From positions 11,098,001 to 11,162,000 of the forward strand of contig OZ059894.1 of the NCBI GenBank assembly GCA_964057225.1: 64,000 nt of DNA. The letters run 5' to 3'. Each line of letters begins with the position of its first letter. The first letter of the stretch is position 1. Shown piece by piece: positions 44,227-56,856 of the stretch. The notes beneath the pieces are model-generated. The model was not told where the DNA came from and did not search any database. It saw nothing but the letters and a program-made list of their open reading frames with translations. Source of the stretch: Auanema rhodensis. Lineage: Eukaryota; Animalia; Nematoda. Both the position numbers and the translations under genes were made by a program.

Positions 44227-44345
44227 AGCTTACGACACCCGGGATTCCCAAGCCGTCTCCGATCCAAGTACTAACCGGGCCCAACGTTGCTTGACTTGCC
44301 AGATCGGACGGGATGGCGTACTTTCAACGTGGTATGGTCGTAAGC
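44227..44345 (-). rRNA. 5S: 5S rRNA
   Basis: Same sequence. Confidence 0.97.
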
Positions 44346-44586
44346 AATGTTATATTCTTCATTATCAGTTATATCACTCTAAATCTTGTTGTTAATAGTT
44401 AGGACCACAAAGAAAACAACAGGAACAGTAACAAATGAAATGCCCAAACTTTACAGTGTTCGAGTTATTTACAGTATCTAAGACTACCTCTGTCGTGTTA
44501 TTAGAGCAAACATTCGATTAACAACAACTTTTTTTTAGTTATCAAAGCTTTTTTATTTCTTCAAAAAATTTCAAATAAAATATAAA

Positions 44587-44705
44587 AGCTTACGACACCC
44601 GGGATTCCCAAGCCGTCTCCGATCCAAGTACTAACCGGGCCCAACGTTGCTTGACTTGCCAGATCGGACGGGATGGCGTACTTTCAACGTGGTATGGTCG
44701 TAAGC
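44587..44705 (-). rRNA. 5S: 5S rRNA
   Basis: Same sequence. Confidence 0.97.
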
Positions 44706-44847
44706 AATGTCATATTCTTCATTATCAGTTATATCACTCTAAATCTTGTTGTTAATAGATACGACCACAAAGAAAACAACAGGAACAGTAACAATAACAA
44801 AAAAAATTTTTTTTTCACCTATGTGTCTAAAGGTTAGCCATGTATCC

Positions 44848-44889
<42 letters not shown>

Positions 44890-46069
44890 ACAGTAAAAAG
44901 TCCAATCAAGAGAGAAATTTTTTCAACACATAGTTGTTTTTTTTTTAAATATCATTGTTTTTCCTCATAACTCGGTTTAAACTCGTTCTAACCCGTTGAA
45001 ATACGTCTAGAAAGTCTTTATAACATGCATATGTATGATAGAACTTCATATTTATTGTAATAGAAAATTTTATTTTCAGACGTCTTGGTTAACAATGATA
45101 TGTTTTACCCCCTTATAATTTTTATCATAATGTTCCTTATACGGAACGCTCAATGAAACTTGCTTCCAGAAAAATTTCTTTCTATTTTTTCTTCATATGT
45201 ACGTAGATACTATAGAGAACTATGATAGAAAACTTTAACATTCACGAAATCATCATTTCTCATTACGCTACGGAGGTTTAAAAAGCTGTGTTTTACCTTA
45301 TAATAGACCGGAAAACCCTTGTGTTAAAACTGGACCGTTTTTACACATATAAAAATGTCCCGTATTCGGGACCCTAATGTAACTTTTGATTCCCTATATT
45401 TTTTTTCATGAAATTTACAATCTACTGTAGAAAGAAGAATTATTTTTATAAAAACTGTAAATTTTTGAAAAATGAAAACAAAACGAAAACAAAAACAACT
45501 TTTTTTTGAACATTTTCTCACACAAGGGTCCCCCCTTACCTACTTTTTTTCTCATTACTCGTTTCAACCTCATCCGATCACTCTGCAAACATGTTTAATC
45601 GTTCTAACTTGTTGAAATACGTCTTAAAAGTCTAAACAACATGCATATGCATAATAGAAACCACCCGAATAGGCCCCCACGCACTAAACGAGATATATAC
45701 ATTACCAGTATAGTAATAGAACACATATTGAAGATTAATTCGATAAGAACAATTTATTGACGTAGAGAATGTTTGTTCCGAAAAACTACAATATTAAACT
45801 ATAAAAGTAACAAAAGCGTAGAGGCAGCAAAGACATGAATAAACATAAATGTAAATACAGAATTACCAGGTAGTACATAAGTATGACAAAAAATTATAAG
45901 AAAGCCATGAAAATAGAAGGTTTGTGAACAAATGAGAGGTACATCTTTGATCGTATAGTCATTTCTAAACCGTTCGTATGCTGCAGCATCGTCATAAGCG
46001 TCACTCAAGTTGAATTTCCATGTGTACTACACGATTTTCATTCTTATTGTTACATTCTTTCCCTGAGGG

Positions 46070-46255
46070 AATGGGCCGTTCCCGCCAGCAGTGCAAGAGC
46101 GGGTCGACCCGTGAGGTGGAGCTAGCAAGCCAGCATCTACCTCAAGTCTCAAAAATCGGTTAACCTTATTGTGAACCAATGGAACACATATCGAAGGTTA
46201 ATTCGATAAGAACGATTACTACACTTTGATCTTAGCCAAAAGGCCGAGAAGCGAT
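46070..46255 (-). ncRNA. U2: U2 snRNA
   Basis: Same sequence as 7600-7785. Confidence 0.95.
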
Positions 46256-46697
46256 ACAGCATAGCCATGAGTATCAAAGACATCAAGCAAATGTATCGTA
46301 CTTGTTACGAGTGCACTCTCTCATTTGAATATAAAAGTGTGGTTTGACAATCTTGACTGTACAGGTCATAAATGGCTCATATAAACTGTGGATTTACTCA
46401 ACTTTTGGACTTATTTTTTTCTTATTCGAAGCGCTGCACTTTTTTCTATTCTTTTTATTCAAATACTTGTATATAGTTTTATATGTACGGTTGCAAAGTT
46501 TCCGAATATTTTATATATTTTTATACAATAATTAGGAGAAGGTTAATACAATGAAATCTCCCAACTTTACAGTGTTTGTATTGCTTACAGTATCTAGAAC
46601 AACCACTCTTGTAATATTAGAGCACATATCAATCAACAACTTTTTCTAGTTATCAAAGCTTTTTTATTTCTTCAAGATATTTCAAATAAAATATAAA

Positions 46698-46816
46698 AGC
46701 TTACGACACCCGGGATTCCCAAGCCGTCTCCGATCCAAGTACTAACCGGGCCCAACGTTGCTTGACTTGCCAGATCGGACGGGATGGCGTACTTTCAACG
46801 TGGTATGGTCGTAAGC
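46698..46816 (-). rRNA. 5S: 5S rRNA
   Basis: Same sequence. Confidence 0.97.
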
Positions 46817-47057
46817 AATGTTATATTCTTCATTATCAGTTATATCACTCTAAATCTTGTTGTTAATAGTTAGGACCACAAAGAAAACAACAGGAACAGT
46901 AACAAATGAAATGCCCAAACTTTACAGTGTTCGAGTTATTTACAGTATCTAAGACTACCTCTGTCGTGTTATTAGAGCAAACATTCGATTAACAACAACT
47001 TTTTTTTAGTTATCAAAGCTTTTTTATTTCTTCAAAAAATTTCAAATAAAATATAAA

Positions 47058-47176
47058 AGCTTACGACACCCGGGATTCCCAAGCCGTCTCCGATCCAAGT
47101 ACTAACCGGGCCCAACGTTGCTTGACTTGCCAGATCGGACGGGATGGCGTACTTTCAACGTGGTATGGTCGTAAGC
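47058..47176 (-). rRNA. 5S: 5S rRNA
   Basis: Same sequence. Confidence 0.97.
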
Positions 47177-47318
47177 AATGTCATATTCTTCATTATCAGT
47201 TATATCACTCTAAATCTTGTTGTTAATAGATACGACCACAAAGAAAACAACAGGAACAGTAACAATAACAAAAAAAATTTTTTTTTCACCTATGTGTCTA
47301 AAGGTTAGCCATGTATCC

Positions 47319-47394
<76 letters not shown>

Positions 47395-48574
47395 ACAGTA
47401 AAAAGTCCAATCAAGAGAGAAATTTTTTCAACACATAGTTGTTTTTTTTTTAAATATCATTGTTTTTCCTCATAACTCGGTTTAAACTCGTTCTAACCCG
47501 TTGAAATACGTCTAGAAAGTCTTTATAACATGCATATGTATGATAGAACTTCATATTTATTGTAATAGAAAATTTTATTTTCAGACGTCTTGGTTAACAA
47601 TGATATGTTTTACCCCCTTATAATTTTTATCATAATGTTCCTTATACGGAACGCTCAATGAAACTTGCTTCCAGAAAAATTTCTTTCTATTTTTTCTTCA
47701 TATGTACGTAGATACTATAGAGAACTATGATAGAAAACTTTAACATTCACGAAATCATCATTTCTCATTACGCTACGGAGGTTTAAAAAGCTGTGTTTTA
47801 CCTTATAATAGACCGGAAAACCCTTGTGTTAAAACTGGACCGTTTTTACACATATAAAAATGTCCCGTATTCGGGACCCTAATGTAACTTTTGATTCCCT
47901 ATATTTTTTTTCATGAAATTTACAATCTACTGTAGAAAGAAGAATTATTTTTATAAAAACTGTAAATTTTTGAAAAATGAAAACAAAACGAAAACAAAAA
48001 CAACTTTTTTTTGAACATTTTCTCACACAAGGGTCCCCCCTTACCTACTTTTTTTCTCATTACTCGTTTCAACCTCATCCGATCACTCTGCAAACATGTT
48101 TAATCGTTCTAACTTGTTGAAATACGTCTTAAAAGTCTAAACAACATGCATATGCATAATAGAAACCACCCGAATAGGCCCCCACGCACTAAACGAGATA
48201 TATACATTACCAGTATAGTAATAGAACACATATTGAAGATTAATTCGATAAGAACAATTTATTGACGTAGAGAATGTTTGTTCCGAAAAACTACAATATT
48301 AAACTATAAAAGTAACAAAAGCGTAGAGGCAGCAAAGACATGAATAAACATAAATGTAAATACAGAATTACCAGGTAGTACATAAGTATGACAAAAAATT
48401 ATAAGAAAGCCATGAAAATAGAAGGTTTGTGAACAAATGAGAGGTACATCTTTGATCGTATAGTCATTTCTAAACCGTTCGTATGCTGCAGCATCGTCAT
48501 AAGCGTCACTCAAGTTGAATTTCCATGTGTACTACACGATTTTCATTCTTATTGTTACATTCTTTCCCTGAGGG

Positions 48575-48723
48575 AATGGGCCGTTCCCGCCAGCAGTGCA
48601 AGAGCGGGTCGACCCGTGAGGTGGAGCTAGCAAGCCAGCATCTACCTCAAGTCTCAAAAATCGGTTAACCTTATTGTGAACCAATGGAACACATATCGAA
48701 GGTTAATTCGATAAGAACGATTA
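48575..48723 (-). pseudogene. U2: U2 3' part (nt 38-186), interrupted by non-LTR copy 4
   Basis: Same junction as copy 2. Confidence 0.93.
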
Positions 48724-51700
48724 ATGGTTTATTGAATAACTAATGTTATGATACAATAAATAACCAATAAAAAAGAGCCCAGAATCGGGGAGACGGTATT
48801 ACCAGTACAACTTAAAACAGCAAGTAATTAAAAAGTACATAATAAGACACATTGCCAACAGAGGCTAAAACGACTCAAGAGTCGGGGGAGTGGGTTAAAA
48901 AAAAATGAACAAAAAAAATGAATATTAAAGCAGAACAATGAGAAATCAAGTGCCGCTATGATCAAACAATTTGAGTGCCTACGGCAATGATGTTAAAAAT
49001 AAACAACAAAATACATGTACCAATGAAGGTCAGAAAGAAAGAAACAAAAGACAAAATAAGTAATACAAAAAGTAAATACATTACAATCAAATCACAAACA
49101 AGTCAATTGATAATTTCTTCTTCATATTGCCTTACACCAGAAACATGTTCCACGTAGATATTCCTGGCCCACTTGATGGTATCGGCGACGACGAGCTTCT
49201 CCATTAGCCGGTTGTAGTGGCTGCTGATCTTGAGTGATCGGAGGGCTTGTCCGTTGAGCGGGTCCATAGTTCCAAGCATTCCTACGACATACGCTTCTAC
49301 ACTAGTCTTATAACCAAGACATTGGTATTGGCTGGCTATGTCAGCATATTTCCTCTCCTTTATCATACGCGCGGCTATCATGGCTTGACGGCGGTTTTCA
49401 TAGCTCACTGTAACATCAACGATACTACAGTGTTTTGCGTCATGATCGACCACTACTATGTCAGGTCGGAGTGTACTATTAATGCCAGGAAGAGGCTGGT
49501 TAGTGTAAACTTCTCCGTTTTTAGGCTCTGGCAGGGCTTTGATAAGACGGTCCACGATGTTGTTGTGGCGGAGTTGGATTGCTCTCGTGTGAGAGTGGCA
49601 GTGTCCAAGAACATGTGCAGCAGTTTCGTTGGAGTAACTACACCTGCGGCACTGTTTGTTTCCTTCTCCGTGTCTTCTACAGCCATTGAGCTGGAGAGTA
49701 TTGAGTCGAGCCTTGTGGATGAATCGCCAATCAGCAAACCGTATGAAATCTCCCTTCGCCATAAAGTGATTGGACGCTTTGTTGAGCATTGTGACATCAA
49801 AGACTTTCCCTTGATCCGGTTTTTGAAGAAGGATCCGAAGGTCTTTCAGCCATAATGCACGTCGCAGGCTTCTGTGGCATAGTGAAGGTGTTAACAGTTG
49901 GTTGTTTAGATTGAGTTCTAAACCACTTTCGAGGCATGTCCAGTTAGCGTTGATGAGTTTCTTGAGTTGACGCATCGCTACTCTTACTCTAGTCCAGATG
50001 GAGGAAACATCAGATGTTTCGGTGTCGAAAATGCCATCAACGGAACCGTTGTAATATGCAGCTGTCTCATCGTTACTGGCTTGACGTTTAATCCTTTTTG
50101 ATGCTACTTTTTTTGAGTCTTGATGCGCAATATCAGCTACTACAAGATCAGATGACTTCAAAAGTTGGTAGGCATGAGTGACTTCACAGACGTCTGACAG
50201 GTGTTGGAGTCGAGAGAGACCAAGTCCGCCGTAGTTAGTTGGCAGGTAGATTGGTTCAGCACTGGCGTTTGGAGGATAGTGCATCCATCTACGGGCACAG
50301 CGTTTGAGTTCTTTGTCAAAGGCGACTAGTTTACTCTTTGGGACGTGGCCATTCGTCATATGAAAATTAAGGCAGGGCATCAGGAAGGTGCGTACTGCGT
50401 CAGCTTTCTGCCATTCAGCAAGTAAGGATTTGTCAATTTTTTCCAAGTGTTGACTCATAATATTCACTGTTGGAACCGCAGACTTATGTAAATGCATTCC
50501 AGTAGGGATTCCCAGGTGGGAGTAGCTGTCGAATTTGCTGAGAGCGGGTAGAGAGGAGCTCTGTAGCATGTATGAGGCTGTTGATATTTTCCCTTTGTCG
50601 ATCGTCAAGGTGGCGCATTTCGCTGGTTTGAAGGTCAAGCCTGTGAAATTAGCCGCATTTGATGCTGCGTCCAACATTTTCTGTAGATCTTCTGATGATG
50701 AGGAGACCAGGGCAAGGTCATCGGCGTACGCTAGCACAGCGATGTTGTGGTTGTGTAGCTTATAGCCAGTAGAGGATTCCAAGATGGTTTTAATTAGAGG
50801 TTCAATGGCAAGGTTGAACAGGATCGGAGATAGTGGGGATCCTTGTAACACACCTGCATGAACTGGAATGGTCGATGTGAGTCCGGAGCCTGTCTGGATT
50901 CTTGTAGAGGCATCTGTGTATAGAGCTCGTACTCGGGATATTGAGGCTTCAGCCACTCCTGACCATCTTAGAACGTCTAGCAGAGTTTCGTGTGGCAGCG
51001 ATCCAAAAGCGTTTGCGAGATCAAGCCAAGCAATTGCAATTTTCTCACGTTTACGTTTAGCGTCCGCAATGGTACTTTGCAACATAAAGTTGTGTTCCAT
51101 GCATCCAGCTTTGGCCACAAAGCCCTTTTGGGAGGGAGAAAGTCTTTTTTCTGCTCTTGCCCATGTTAGCAGTCGATGCGTAAGACAAGCTGAGTACGTC
51201 TTACCAATTGTGCACGAAAGTGCTATTGGTCGCCAGTTGTTAATGTCAGCTTTATCACCTTTCTTATGGATGAGGACGGTGGTCGACTCTTTCCAGGAAA
51301 AAGGGATGTGTCCTAGCTTGTGTACGGTGTTAAATATCGCTGCTAATATGTGACCTCCTTGGTCAAATTTCTTCCAGTGCGAGTATCGAAGTCCATCAGC
51401 TCCTGGAGCCGTATCGCTGCAACGTCGTATGCGTTCCCAGACTTCCAAAGGGGTGAAAACACCTTCTAATGGGTCGGTACTAGCTGGCAAATCCGGTCTG
51501 GTGACTGTGATGGGGAGGGCTGGGCCTTGACTGCTGTGAACAGAAAGGAAATGTTTTTCAACCTCTGCAGATGGTATGGTGCAGGTTTCACTTTGTTCTC
51601 CGAGCAGTTGTCGAAAGGCTTTCTTCTTGTTGGCCCTCCAGAGCTTCTGGAGCTTCATCGCCTGGGTTTTTTGGTCTTCCTCAGGTTGTGTGTGTGGTCG

Positions 51701-52433
51701 GCGCCTTTGTCGGAAGTTGGGAACTTTGATCATAATGTCAAGAGACTTTCTGATTGCGTCTACCAACTCTTCCAGGACCTGCTCGAGCTCACTTTTGCAC
51801 ACAACCTTTTTAATTCTATCCACCCAAGTATTTTCAGAGTTTCTATTCGGATCAGGGTCGGCAAAAAATGGTTCTGTACTCGAAACCCTGATCTCGTTGA
51901 ATATTTCACTCTCTCGCGGAAGGGGGGAAACTTCGGCCTCTGGGGACAAGTCCAGAATTGGGGCCTCAAACAAGCGTACCGTTGATGGAGATCCTTGTTC
52001 CTGTCCACTGGATGATGTTTCCTCCATTGTACGCTCCTCCACGGGCGGGGTGGTCGTCCTTGTGCCTGGTGGGCGGGTGTTCCTGATCCTCCGCAATATA
52101 GGGCGGGAACTGGGCTCTCTCGGAGATAGAGGTGAGATCACCACAGTTTCCTCTATGATGCGGAGGCATCCTTCAGCTTTTTTCTGATGGCTTTTAACGG
52201 CCTTCAGATTGCTGGTGAGGCCACAGGCACGGCACTCAAATTCTACTCCGACCTCATGTTCTCTCCGAAGATGGCGGACGAGACCATTGTGGTCTGAGTA
52301 GGATCGCGGAATAGGAGCGCAGATTGAACAAGAAAAAGGGCTCTGAAGAGGCACCTTTAGCTTGTAAAGCCCTTGCTCCATCTCTAGCAGATCTAAAGAC
52401 TTACGTAGTACAGTTGCAATATCGATTTAGCCA
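48724..52433 (-). mobile_element. U2-specific non-LTR retrotransposon, copy 4
   Basis: Near-identical, same target. Confidence 0.92.
49103..52381 (-). CDS. Non-LTR RT/RLE protein, 1092 aa
   Basis: Intact ORF. Confidence 0.96.
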   Translation of the reverse strand: MEQGLYKLKVPLQSPFSCSICAPIPRSYSDHNGLVRHLRREHEVGVEFECRACGLTSNLKAVKSHQKKAEGCLRIIEETVVISPLSPREPSSRPILRRIRNTRPPGTRTTTPPVEERTMEETSSSGQEQGSPSTVRLFEAPILDLSPEAEVSPLPRESEIFNEIRVSSTEPFFADPDPNRNSENTWVDRIKKVVCKSELEQVLEELVDAIRKSLDIMIKVPNFRQRRRPHTQPEEDQKTQAMKLQKLWRANKKKAFRQLLGEQSETCTIPSAEVEKHFLSVHSSQGPALPITVTRPDLPASTDPLEGVFTPLEVWERIRRCSDTAPGADGLRYSHWKKFDQGGHILAAIFNTVHKLGHIPFSWKESTTVLIHKKGDKADINNWRPIALSCTIGKTYSACLTHRLLTWARAEKRLSPSQKGFVAKAGCMEHNFMLQSTIADAKRKREKIAIAWLDLANAFGSLPHETLLDVLRWSGVAEASISRVRALYTDASTRIQTGSGLTSTIPVHAGVLQGSPLSPILFNLAIEPLIKTILESSTGYKLHNHNIAVLAYADDLALVSSSSEDLQKMLDAASNAANFTGLTFKPAKCATLTIDKGKISTASYMLQSSSLPALSKFDSYSHLGIPTGMHLHKSAVPTVNIMSQHLEKIDKSLLAEWQKADAVRTFLMPCLNFHMTNGHVPKSKLVAFDKELKRCARRWMHYPPNASAEPIYLPTNYGGLGLSRLQHLSDVCEVTHAYQLLKSSDLVVADIAHQDSKKVASKRIKRQASNDETAAYYNGSVDGIFDTETSDVSSIWTRVRVAMRQLKKLINANWTCLESGLELNLNNQLLTPSLCHRSLRRALWLKDLRILLQKPDQGKVFDVTMLNKASNHFMAKGDFIRFADWRFIHKARLNTLQLNGCRRHGEGNKQCRRCSYSNETAAHVLGHCHSHTRAIQLRHNNIVDRLIKALPEPKNGEVYTNQPLPGINSTLRPDIVVVDHDAKHCSIVDVTVSYENRRQAMIAARMIKERKYADIASQYQCLGYKTSVEAYVVGMLGTMDPLNGQALRSLKISSHYNRLMEKLVVADTIKWARNIYVEHVSGVRQYEEEIIN

Positions 52434-52527
52434 TTAACCTTATTGTGAACCAATGGAACACATATCGAAGGTTAATTCGATAAGAACGATTACTACACTT
52501 TGATCTTAGCCAAAAGGCCGAGAAGCG
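52434..52527 (-). pseudogene. U2: U2 nt 3-96 leader of non-LTR copy 4
   Basis: Exact U2 match, then joined to spacer ~1.26 kb further upstream. Confidence 0.93.
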
Positions 52528-53555
52528 AACTTCATATTTATTGTAATAGAAAATTTTATTTTCAGACGTCTTGGTTAACAATGATATGTTTTACCCCCTT
52601 ATAATTTTTATCATAATGTTCCTTATACGGAACGCTCAATGAAACTTGCTTCCAGAAAAATTTCTTTCTATTTTTTCTTCATATGTACGTAGATACTATA
52701 GAGAACTATGATAGAAAACTTTAACATTCACGAAATCATCATTTCTCATTACGCTACGGAGGTTTAAAAAGCTGTGTTTTACCTTATAATAGACCGGAAA
52801 ACCCTTGTGTTAAAACTGGACCGTTTTTACACATATAAAAATGTCCCGTATTCGGGACCCTAATGTAACTTTTGATTCCCTATATTTTTTTTCATGAAAT
52901 TTACAATCTACTGTAGAAAGAAGAATTATTTTTATAAAAACTGTAAATTTTTGAAAAATGAAAACAAAACGAAAACAAAAACAACTTTTTTTTGAACATT
53001 TTCTCACACAAGGGTCCCCCCTTACCTACTTTTTTTCTCATTACTCGTTTCAACCTCATCCGATCACTCTGCAAACATGTTTAATCGTTCTAACTTGTTG
53101 AAATACGTCTTAAAAGTCTAAACAACATGCATATGCATAATAGAAACCACCCGAATAGGCCCCCACGCACTAAACGAGATATATACATTACCAGTATAGT
53201 AATAGAACACATATTGAAGATTAATTCGATAAGAACAATTTATTGACGTAGAGAATGTTTGTTCCGAAAAACTACAATATTAAACTATAAAAGTAACAAA
53301 AGCGTAGAGGCAGCAAAGACATGAATAAACATAAATGTAAATACAGAATTACCAGGTAGTACATAAGTATGACAAAAAATTATAAGAAAGCCATGAAAAT
53401 AGAAGGTTTGTGAACAAATGAGAGGTACATCTTTGATCGTATAGTCATTTCTAAACCGTTCGTATGCTGCAGCATCGTCATAAGCGTCACTCAAGTTGAA
53501 TTTCCATGTGTACTACACGATTTTCATTCTTATTGTTACATTCTTTCCCTGAGGG

Positions 53556-53703
53556 AATGGGCCGTTCCCGCCAGCAGTGCAAGAGCGGGTCGACCCGTGA
53601 GGTGGAGCTAGCAAGCCAGCATCTACCTCAAGTCTCAAAAATCGGTTAACCTTATTGTGAACCAATGGAACACATATCGAAGGTTAATTCGATAAGAACG
53701 ATT
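53556..53703 (-). pseudogene. U2: U2 3' part (nt 39-186), interrupted by the 783-bp element
   Basis: Junction gaacgatt|tattgaag. Confidence 0.93.
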
Positions 53704-54486
53704 TATTGAAGTAGTCAATGTTTGTCCCGGAGGACTACAATTTTAAAATAATTACTGAAGCCGTTAGGCAGCGAGAAAATAGTAAGGATACTATCCGCAC
53801 TGAGTGCGTCGTATCATGAAAAAAAAAAGAGAATGTAAAGAAGGTAGAGCATAGACTTAGATAATGACATCACTAGTTGTAGATTTGTGGCATCTGCAGC
53901 TGCGGGTATGAGGATCAGCATGAACAGATTAAATTCACATGAACAAAGTGGGAACATTTTGAGGAACTTAGGGAACGGAGTAATGCGATCATTTTCAAAA
54001 ATAGAATTACCTATCTGTAGCTACGGATAAAGAGGAATAGCTTTGAATAGATGGAAATTTACATGAAAATATGTGACATTATGAAGCAGCACAATAGATA
54101 ATGAGACTACGGAAAAAATAGTATCCTTTTGCGTTCTTGATGGATCTGCGGCTCCCGTCATTGGCTGCGGTTTCGGTGCTCAGCTGGCTAGTCGTCGGCG
54201 TTGGACATCGTGGATCGTAATGAGGTTTTCCATAGATTCCGGCTCGGCTGGTTCTGTGTGCGTTCTTCTCCGTTGTCGTGGTGGTGTTCTTCTCTGCTTT
54301 TTCCTACTCCAAAATTTAACTATACTGAAGGTAGAGCTTTGTTTCACAATTGCTACCAAGAGTGAAGAACATTAGCTACTACCAACAGCATAGGACCGCC
54401 TCAAGGCCTGGTAGATCAATCAGTGTTGCTTCAATCACCAAGTATTGCGGCCTAGGCCCTTGGATCAATTCACAACACCAGTATAG
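53704..54486 (-). mobile_element. 783-bp non-autonomous (SINE-like) U2-targeting element
   Basis: Same U2 site as the autonomous element, flanked by duplicated U2 nt 39-79, ends TTCAATA(A), no ORF >=60 aa. Confidence 0.85.
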
Positions 54487-54565
54487 CAATGGAACACATA
54501 TCGAAGGTTAATTCGATAAGAACGATTACTACACTTTGATCTTAGCCAAAAGGCCGAGAAGCGAT
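54487..54565 (-). pseudogene. U2: U2 nt 1-79 leader of the 783-bp element, upstream region intact
   Basis: Exact U2 match. Confidence 0.93.
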
Positions 54566-55007
54566 ACAGCATAGCCATGAGTATCAAAGACATCAAGCAA
54601 ATGTATCGTACTTGTTACGAGTGCACTCTCTCATTTGAATATAAAAGTGTGGTTTGACAATCTTGACTGTACAGGTCATAAATGGCTCATATAAACTGTG
54701 GATTTACTCAACTTTTGGACTTATTTTTTTCTTATTCGAAGCGCTGCACTTTTTTCTATTCTTTTTATTCAAATACTTGTATATAGTTTTATATGTACGG
54801 TTGCAAAGTTTCCGAATATTTTATATATTTTTATACAATAATTAGGAGAAGGTTAATACAATGAAATCTCCCAACTTTACAGTGTTTGTATTGCTTACAG
54901 TATCTAGAACAACCACTCTTGTAATATTAGAGCACATATCAATCAACAACTTTTTCTAGTTATCAAAGCTTTTTTATTTCTTCAAGATATTTCAAATAAA
55001 ATATAAA

Positions 55008-55126
55008 AGCTTACGACACCCGGGATTCCCAAGCCGTCTCCGATCCAAGTACTAACCGGGCCCAACGTTGCTTGACTTGCCAGATCGGACGGGATGGCGT
55101 ACTTTCAACGTGGTATGGTCGTAAGC
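55008..55126 (-). rRNA. 5S: 5S rRNA
   Basis: Same sequence. Confidence 0.97.
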
Positions 55127-55367
55127 AATGTTATATTCTTCATTATCAGTTATATCACTCTAAATCTTGTTGTTAATAGTTAGGACCACAAAGAAAACAA
55201 CAGGAACAGTAACAAATGAAATGCCCAAACTTTACAGTGTTCGAGTTATTTACAGTATCTAAGACTACCTCTGTCGTGTTATTAGAGCAAACATTCGATT
55301 AACAACAACTTTTTTTTAGTTATCAAAGCTTTTTTATTTCTTCAAAAAATTTCAAATAAAATATAAA

Positions 55368-55486
55368 AGCTTACGACACCCGGGATTCCCAAGCCGTCTC
55401 CGATCCAAGTACTAACCGGGCCCAACGTTGCTTGACTTGCCAGATCGGACGGGATGGCGTACTTTCAACGTGGTATGGTCGTAAGC
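55368..55486 (-). rRNA. 5S: 5S rRNA
   Basis: Same sequence. Confidence 0.97.
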
Positions 55487-55628
55487 AATGTCATATTCTT
55501 CATTATCAGTTATATCACTCTAAATCTTGTTGTTAATAGATACGACCACAAAGAAAACAACAGGAACAGTAACAATAACAAAAAAAATTTTTTTTTCACC
55601 TATGTGTCTAAAGGTTAGCCATGTATCC

Positions 55629-55676
<48 letters not shown>

Positions 55677-56856
55677 ACAGTAAAAAGTCCAATCAAGAGA
55701 GAAATTTTTTCAACACATAGTTGTTTTTTTTTTAAATATCATTGTTTTTCCTCATAACTCGGTTTAAACTCGTTCTAACCCGTTGAAATACGTCTAGAAA
55801 GTCTTTATAACATGCATATGTATGATAGAACTTCATATTTATTGTAATAGAAAATTTTATTTTCAGACGTCTTGGTTAACAATGATATGTTTTACCCCCT
55901 TATAATTTTTATCATAATGTTCCTTATACGGAACGCTCAATGAAACTTGCTTCCAGAAAAATTTCTTTCTATTTTTTCTTCATATGTACGTAGATACTAT
56001 AGAGAACTATGATAGAAAACTTTAACATTCACGAAATCATCATTTCTCATTACGCTACGGAGGTTTAAAAAGCTGTGTTTTACCTTATAATAGACCGGAA
56101 AACCCTTGTGTTAAAACTGGACCGTTTTTACACATATAAAAATGTCCCGTATTCGGGACCCTAATGTAACTTTTGATTCCCTATATTTTTTTTCATGAAA
56201 TTTACAATCTACTGTAGAAAGAAGAATTATTTTTATAAAAACTGTAAATTTTTGAAAAATGAAAACAAAACGAAAACAAAAACAACTTTTTTTTGAACAT
56301 TTTCTCACACAAGGGTCCCCCCTTACCTACTTTTTTTCTCATTACTCGTTTCAACCTCATCCGATCACTCTGCAAACATGTTTAATCGTTCTAACTTGTT
56401 GAAATACGTCTTAAAAGTCTAAACAACATGCATATGCATAATAGAAACCACCCGAATAGGCCCCCACGCACTAAACGAGATATATACATTACCAGTATAG
56501 TAATAGAACACATATTGAAGATTAATTCGATAAGAACAATTTATTGACGTAGAGAATGTTTGTTCCGAAAAACTACAATATTAAACTATAAAAGTAACAA
56601 AAGCGTAGAGGCAGCAAAGACATGAATAAACATAAATGTAAATACAGAATTACCAGGTAGTACATAAGTATGACAAAAAATTATAAGAAAGCCATGAAAA
56701 TAGAAGGTTTGTGAACAAATGAGAGGTACATCTTTGATCGTATAGTCATTTCTAAACCGTTCGTATGCTGCAGCATCGTCATAAGCGTCACTCAAGTTGA
56801 ATTTCCATGTGTACTACACGATTTTCATTCTTATTGTTACATTCTTTCCCTGAGGG

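Noticed and set aside
52393-52581. 62-aa ORF upstream of copy 4
   Set aside because: Created by the deletion junction and runs through U2 sequence.
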